A stretch of 64,000 bases of DNA, taken from assembly GCA_021805825.1 (NCBI GenBank), contig JAJZEC010000007.1, forward strand, positions 25,864 to 89,863. The letters run 5' to 3'. Both the position numbers and the translations under genes were made by a program. Each line of letters opens with the position of its first letter. The first letter of the stretch is position 1. This DNA comes from Pseudomonadota bacterium (lineage in GTDB: Bacteria; Pseudomonadota; Gammaproteobacteria; Burkholderiales; Burkholderiaceae_C). Below, in pieces: positions 59,615 to 64,000 of the stretch. The notes under the pieces are model-generated. The model was not told the origin of the DNA. It searched no databases and saw only the letters and a list, made by a program, of their open reading frames with translations.

Positions 59615-62380
59615 TCAAAGCACGGCCATGCGCTGCGCGCGCGCCAGGGCGCCGGTGCGGCTCCGGACCCCGAGCTTGGCGTAGATGTTGTGCAGATGCC
59701 ATTTGACCGTGGCTTCCGAAAGGAACAGTCGTTGCGCGAGTTCCCGGTTGCTCAACCCGGCCTGCATCATGCGCAGGATCCGCAGCTCGCGCTCGGTGAG
59801 TTCCTCGGCCGCGGTCTGCAGCGCGGGAGCGGGCATCGCCGAGCCGCCACGACCGGCCACACGCAGCAATCGCTCGATGTACTCCAGCGGTGCCTGATCC
59901 ACACCGACCGGGCCGTGACACCGTGCATCACGGATGACCTCGAGGAGGTCGGGTAGCAGCGGATCGAGATCCAGCAGGCTGCGCAGCAGCCCGCAGCGCG
60001 CACCGAGCGCCAGCGCCTCATCGAGGGTGCGCAGCGCCTGCGCGGAATCGGGCCCGCCGACATGCTGCTGAACGGACTTGAGCGCCAGCAGGCGCGCCAG
60101 CTGTGCCTGATGGCCCTTGCGCTGCGCGCCGCGGATCGCCCAGGCCAAGGCGCCCGCGCCTTCGCCATGCCGGCTGCGCGCCAGGCGCAGGCGCAAGGCG
60201 AGCAGTTCCACGCTGTCCTCCTGCATGGGGGCCTCTCCCGCCTCGGCGCCCGCCAGGAACACCCCGGGCTCGTTGCCGAGGAAACCATAGGATTGCCCCA
60301 GCCGCACGGCGTCATCCAGGGAGGTCGTGGCCAGGCGCAGCGCGCACCGCTCGGCCGCCAACAGGCGCGCCAGGCGCGGCAGCTTCAGCCGGTGCCCGAG
60401 CGACTCCCCCTCGAGCAGGCAGCCTTCTGCGGCGGACAACTCGCCGCGGCAGCGCAGCAGGCGCGCCTGGGTGAGGTACCCCGCGGCACTCATCTCGACG
60501 AGCCCGTGTTCGTCGATGAAGGGCAGCCCCAGATCCAGGTAGTGTTGCGCCTGATCGAGCTCGTCGCGCTCCCAGCAGATGCCCGCTGCCAGCAAGGTGA
60601 GCATGGAGCCGGCGTAGGAAACCACGCCCAGGCTGTGCTGGATGGCGGCCAGGCCTTGTTGCGCATGCTCGAGCGCCTGCAGATGATCGCCGCGCCGCAA
60701 GGCCAGCATGGTGGCCAGCGCGCTGGCCCAGGCGAGCCCGTAGTGCGCGCCACACTCATCGAAGGCACGGCGCGCGATACCCAGCGCCTGCACCCCCTGC
60801 TCGAAGGCGTCCGTGGCGCAGCATCCAGCGGCCAGCACGTTGGCCACCACCCCGGTGTGGAAGGATGGGGCCTGCGGCCAACCGTGCAACCAGGCTTCGC
60901 CGGCGACCTTGGCGCGTAGCGGCTGATCCGACAGCGCGAAGTACACGCAGCGAATCATCTCCACCGTGCAGCGCACGGCGCCGAGGTCGGCCTCGTCGAG
61001 GCCGTTCAGGCTGTCGCTCTCGAGCGCACGCAGTTCGGCGTCGGCCTCGGCAAGGCGCCGGGTGAGCACCAGCGACCAGGCATGACCCGTGCGAATCCCC
61101 GGACGCGCACGCACCAGCGCCTGCGGAAGGCGCTCGAGCCAGCCGAGCAGGGTGGCATGCTCGCCACGATGCTGCACCAATTCCACCGAGAAGGCGGCCA
61201 CGAGGTTGGCGGCACGTGGAAGATCCTGTGCGTCGTAGGCGTAGCGCACGGCCTCGTGCAGCAGGCCGTGGCGCTGGAACCAGACGCTGGCGCGGCCGCA
61301 CAGCGCACGCACGGCGTCGCCCGAACGCGCGTGGACGTGGCCCCGGCCGCGCAGGTAGTCGGCAAACAGGTGGTGGTAGCGAAACCAGGTTCGGGAGCGA
61401 TCGAGCCCGGTGAGGAACAGATGGCGTGCCTGCACCTCGGCCAGCATGGCGTGACTGTCGCTGCGCCCGCGAACCTCGTCGCACAATTCGGCGCAGAAAC
61501 GCTCCAGCGGCGCCGTGTCGAGCAGAAAGTCGCGCAGCTCGGGGCGCAAGCGCTCGAGCACCTGCTCGCCCAGATAGTCGGTGACGTCGCGATCACTGCC
61601 GGAGAAGGCCGCGACGAAGGCCCCCTTGTCCTCGCTGTCCCGCAGCGCGAGCGAGGCTAGCTGCAGGCCTGCGATCCAGCCTTCGGTGCGTTCATGCAGG
61701 GACTGCAGCTGGGCTCGATCCAGCGTCGCTCCGCTGACCTGGCCGACCAGGTCGGCCGCCTCGTCGAGCCCGAGGCCGAAGTGCTCGGTGTCGAGCTCCA
61801 CCAGCTCGCGATGCAGACGCCACTGGCTGAGCGACAAGGGCAGACGCGTGCGGCTGGCGATGACCATGCCAACCGTAGGGGGCAGGTGGCCAAGCAGCCA
61901 TTCGAGTTTGCGGTGCACGCGTTCGGAGTGCACGAGATGGAAGTCGTCGAGCACCACCAGCAGGCGCCCCTCGTGGCCCATGAAGTCGTGCAGCAGCGAG
62001 GTGACGATGGCATCCAGGGAGACCATCGAAGCCCCTTCGGTCTGCGCCAGCGCGCCGCGGCCGAGCCGCGCATCGGCGCGTTGCAAGGCGCCGGCCAGGT
62101 AGCGCATGAAACGCAGGGGGTCGTTGTCCTCCTCGCCCACACTGAGCCAGGCGCAGGCCACGTCCAGAAGCCCCAGACGCGCGACGAACTGGGCCAGCGC
62201 CGTGGTCTTGCCGTAGCCGGCCGGCGCAGTCACGCTGAGCAGACGCTTGGTCAGCCCCGCATGCAGCATGGCCGACAGCCCCGCACGCTCGAGCAGCCCG
62301 GGCGCGAGCTGCGGCGGCGCCAGCTTGGACTCCATGAGCAGATCCGCCGTCTCGGGCGGTGCTGGCCGTGTGCGCTGCAT
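59615..62380 (-). CDS. MalT/LuxR family ATP-dependent transcriptional regulator (STAND)
   Basis: SKLAPP, Walker A APAGYGKTT, Walker B VLDDFH, TEGWIAGLQL, FRYHHLF, C-terminal LTERE..SNRELA..LFLSEATVKWHLHNIYAKL. Start 62380 or 62335. Confidence 0.92.
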   Translation of the reverse strand: MQRTRPAPPETADLLMESKLAPPQLAPGLLERAGLSAMLHAGLTKRLLSVTAPAGYGKTTALAQFVARLGLLDVACAWLSVGEEDNDPLRFMRYLAGALQRADARLGRGALAQTEGASMVSLDAIVTSLLHDFMGHEGRLLVVLDDFHLVHSERVHRKLEWLLGHLPPTVGMVIASRTRLPLSLSQWRLHRELVELDTEHFGLGLDEAADLVGQVSGATLDRAQLQSLHERTEGWIAGLQLASLALRDSEDKGAFVAAFSGSDRDVTDYLGEQVLERLRPELRDFLLDTAPLERFCAELCDEVRGRSDSHAMLAEVQARHLFLTGLDRSRTWFRYHHLFADYLRGRGHVHARSGDAVRALCGRASVWFQRHGLLHEAVRYAYDAQDLPRAANLVAAFSVELVQHRGEHATLLGWLERLPQALVRARPGIRTGHAWSLVLTRRLAEADAELRALESDSLNGLDEADLGAVRCTVEMIRCVYFALSDQPLRAKVAGEAWLHGWPQAPSFHTGVVANVLAAGCCATDAFEQGVQALGIARRAFDECGAHYGLAWASALATMLALRRGDHLQALEHAQQGLAAIQHSLGVVSYAGSMLTLLAAGICWERDELDQAQHYLDLGLPFIDEHGLVEMSAAGYLTQARLLRCRGELSAAEGCLLEGESLGHRLKLPRLARLLAAERCALRLATTSLDDAVRLGQSYGFLGNEPGVFLAGAEAGEAPMQEDSVELLALRLRLARSRHGEGAGALAWAIRGAQRKGHQAQLARLLALKSVQQHVGGPDSAQALRTLDEALALGARCGLLRSLLDLDPLLPDLLEVIRDARCHGPVGVDQAPLEYIERLLRVAGRGGSAMPAPALQTAAEELTERELRILRMMQAGLSNRELAQRLFLSEATVKWHLHNIYAKLGVRSRTGALARAQRMAVL

Positions 62381-62433
62381 GTTCGGCCTGGCGGTGCTGG
62401 ATCCGGACAAGCCCCACCTGCGCCCGCGGGGGC

Positions 62434-63627
62434 TCAGGCCGCGCGATGCGCCTCGTACAAGGTCACCACGCACGCGCCGCCAAGACCCAGGTTGTGCTGC
62501 AAGGCGATGCGCGCGCCGTCCACCTGCCGCTGTTCGGCGGTGCCGCGCAGCTGCTGGGTCAGCTCGTAGCACTGTGCGAGCCCGGTGGCTCCCAGCGGAT
62601 GCCCCTTCGAGAGCAGCCCTCCGGAGGGGTTGACCACCACCTGTCCGCCGTAGGTGTTGTCGCCAGCGTCGACAAAGCCGGCCCCGCCGCCCTCGGGGCA
62701 CAGGCCGAGCGCCTCGTAGGTGATCAGTTCGTTCTGCGCGAAGCAGTCGTGCAGTTCGACGACATCGACATCGCGCGGGCCGATGCCCGCCTGCTCGCAG
62801 GCCTGGCGCGCCGCCTGCTGGCTCATGCCATACCCGACCACCTGCATCATGTCATGGCTGTGCAGGCTCTGCGGGCCGTCGGTGGTCATGGCCTGGGCAG
62901 CGATGCGCACGTCGCTGCGCAGGCCGTGGCGGCGGGCATAAGCCTCCGAGACCAGCACCGCGGCCGCCGCGCCACAGGTGGGCGGGCAGGCCATCAGGCG
63001 CGTGAGCACTCCGGGCCAGATCGCCGGCGCATTCAGTACCTCCTCCTCGCTGAGTTCCTTGCGGAACAGCGCAAGCGGGTTGCGCGCCGCATGCCGGCTG
63101 GCCTTCGCACGCACCTTGGCGAAGGTCGACAAGCTGGTTCCGTAGCGCTGCATATGCGCCAGTCCGGCTCCCCCGAAGTAGCGCAGCGCCAGCGGAATTT
63201 CGGGCCGGCCGACGAGGGCGTCGACCTCGCGGTCGAAGTCCTCGAAGGGGCTGGGTCGATCCTCGAACACCATGCCCAGCGCGCCCGGCCGCATCTGCTC
63301 GAAGCCCAGCGCCAGCACGCAGTCGGCGGCCCCGCTGGCCACCGCCTGGCGCGCCAGGAACAGCGCGGTGGAGCCGGTGGAACAGTTGTTGTTCACGTTG
63401 ATCACCGGGATGCCGGTCAGCCCCAGCCCGTAGGCGGCCTTCTGGCCGCTGGTGGAGTCGCCGTACACATAGCCTGCGTAGACCTGCTGCACCGACGCGT
63501 AGTCGATGCCACAGTCCTCCAGCGCCAGCCTGCCGGCGCGCGCGCCCATGATGTGGTAGGGGTCGCTGGCCCCGGGCTTGGTGAATGCAATCATGCCGAC
63601 TCCGGCAACGCAGACCGCTTGGCTCAT
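62434..63627 (-). CDS. Lipid-transfer protein / SCP-x-type thiolase
   Basis: NNNCSTGST, CPPTCGAAA, VVELHDCF, NPSGGLLSKGHPLGATG, HNLGLGG. Confidence 0.92.
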   Translation of the reverse strand: MSQAVCVAGVGMIAFTKPGASDPYHIMGARAGRLALEDCGIDYASVQQVYAGYVYGDSTSGQKAAYGLGLTGIPVINVNNNCSTGSTALFLARQAVASGAADCVLALGFEQMRPGALGMVFEDRPSPFEDFDREVDALVGRPEIPLALRYFGGAGLAHMQRYGTSLSTFAKVRAKASRHAARNPLALFRKELSEEEVLNAPAIWPGVLTRLMACPPTCGAAAAVLVSEAYARRHGLRSDVRIAAQAMTTDGPQSLHSHDMMQVVGYGMSQQAARQACEQAGIGPRDVDVVELHDCFAQNELITYEALGLCPEGGGAGFVDAGDNTYGGQVVVNPSGGLLSKGHPLGATGLAQCYELTQQLRGTAEQRQVDGARIALQHNLGLGGACVVTLYEAHRAA

Positions 63628-64000
63628 CGCTTGCCTTCCTCCATTCGCGACAACAATTCCTGCCGGATGTCCTTCTTCAGGACTTTACCCAGCCTGGAGC
63701 GCGGCAGATCGGGCCACACCTCGACCTGCTTGGGGGCCTTGACACTGCCGATGCGCGCCTTGACGAAGTCTTGCACAACCTGGGATTCGATGCTGCGTCC
63801 CGCATGCAATTGCAGCACGGCCACCACGCGCTCGCCCCATTTGTCGTCGGGCAGCCCGATGACCGCGCAGTCACGCACGTCGGGATGCTGCATCAGCGCC
63901 TGTTCCACCTCGACGGAGTAGACGTTGAATCCCCCGGTGATGACCATGTCCTTGGCGCGATCGACGATGTACAGGTAGCCGTCGTCGTCGAGGCGGCCGA
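63624..64000 (-). CDS. Acyl-CoA synthetase, C-terminal part (5' end outside the window)
   Basis: DDDGYLYIVDRAKDMVITGGFNVY, PDDKWGE, LPRSRLGKV; ATGA overlap with the thiolase. Confidence 0.88.
   Translation of the reverse strand, partial: GRLDDDGYLYIVDRAKDMVITGGFNVYSVEVEQALMQHPDVRDCAVIGLPDDKWGERVVAVLQLHAGRSIESQVVQDFVKARIGSVKAPKQVEVWPDLPRSRLGKVLKKDIRQELLSRMEEGKR

Overview
High-GC (about 70-75% by spot counts) bacterial window; gene content suggests a Burkholderiales-like betaproteobacterium (inference). Three blocks. (1) About 1.8-40.8 kb is a surface-glycan/glycolipid region. It holds a WcbR/RkpA-like reducing type I PKS coupled to a WcbT/RkpG-like PLP alpha-oxoamine synthase and a DgkA-family kinase. 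It also carries GDP-mannose/fucose/perosamine genes, a methyltransferase, a cupin, a sulfotransferase, two Wzx-like flippases, a VioA + LpxD-like acyltransferase + unknown + KAS III + ACP cassette, and a cysQ/cysD/cysNC PAPS supply. At 11.2-12.4 kb a rearrangement scar contains an AEP/TOTE-like primase remnant, an intact ChpB/MazF toxin and a WecA/MraY-like gene fused in frame to the cognate antitoxin. Unrelated-looking genes (acyl-CoA ligase, Mo-bisPGD oxidoreductase, lipase-like lipoprotein) interrupt the region at 22.9-29.5 kb. (2) About 40.9-57.7 kb holds a DUF2844/DUF3443-like secreted pair and a dense signalling island. The island has a hybrid kinase plus REC-HD-GYP flanked by two paralogous unknown genes, and a minus-strand run REC-LuxR / HDOD / HD-GYP / membrane PAS-GGDEF / giant GAF-GGDEF-globin-GAF-EAL protein with a CZB-like tail. 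(3) About 57.8-64 kb holds an APC permease, a MalT-type regulator, an SCP-x-type thiolase and a partial acyl-CoA synthetase. No rRNA, tRNA, CRISPR array or transposase was recognised. All family assignments come from reading motifs by eye; no database search was run.
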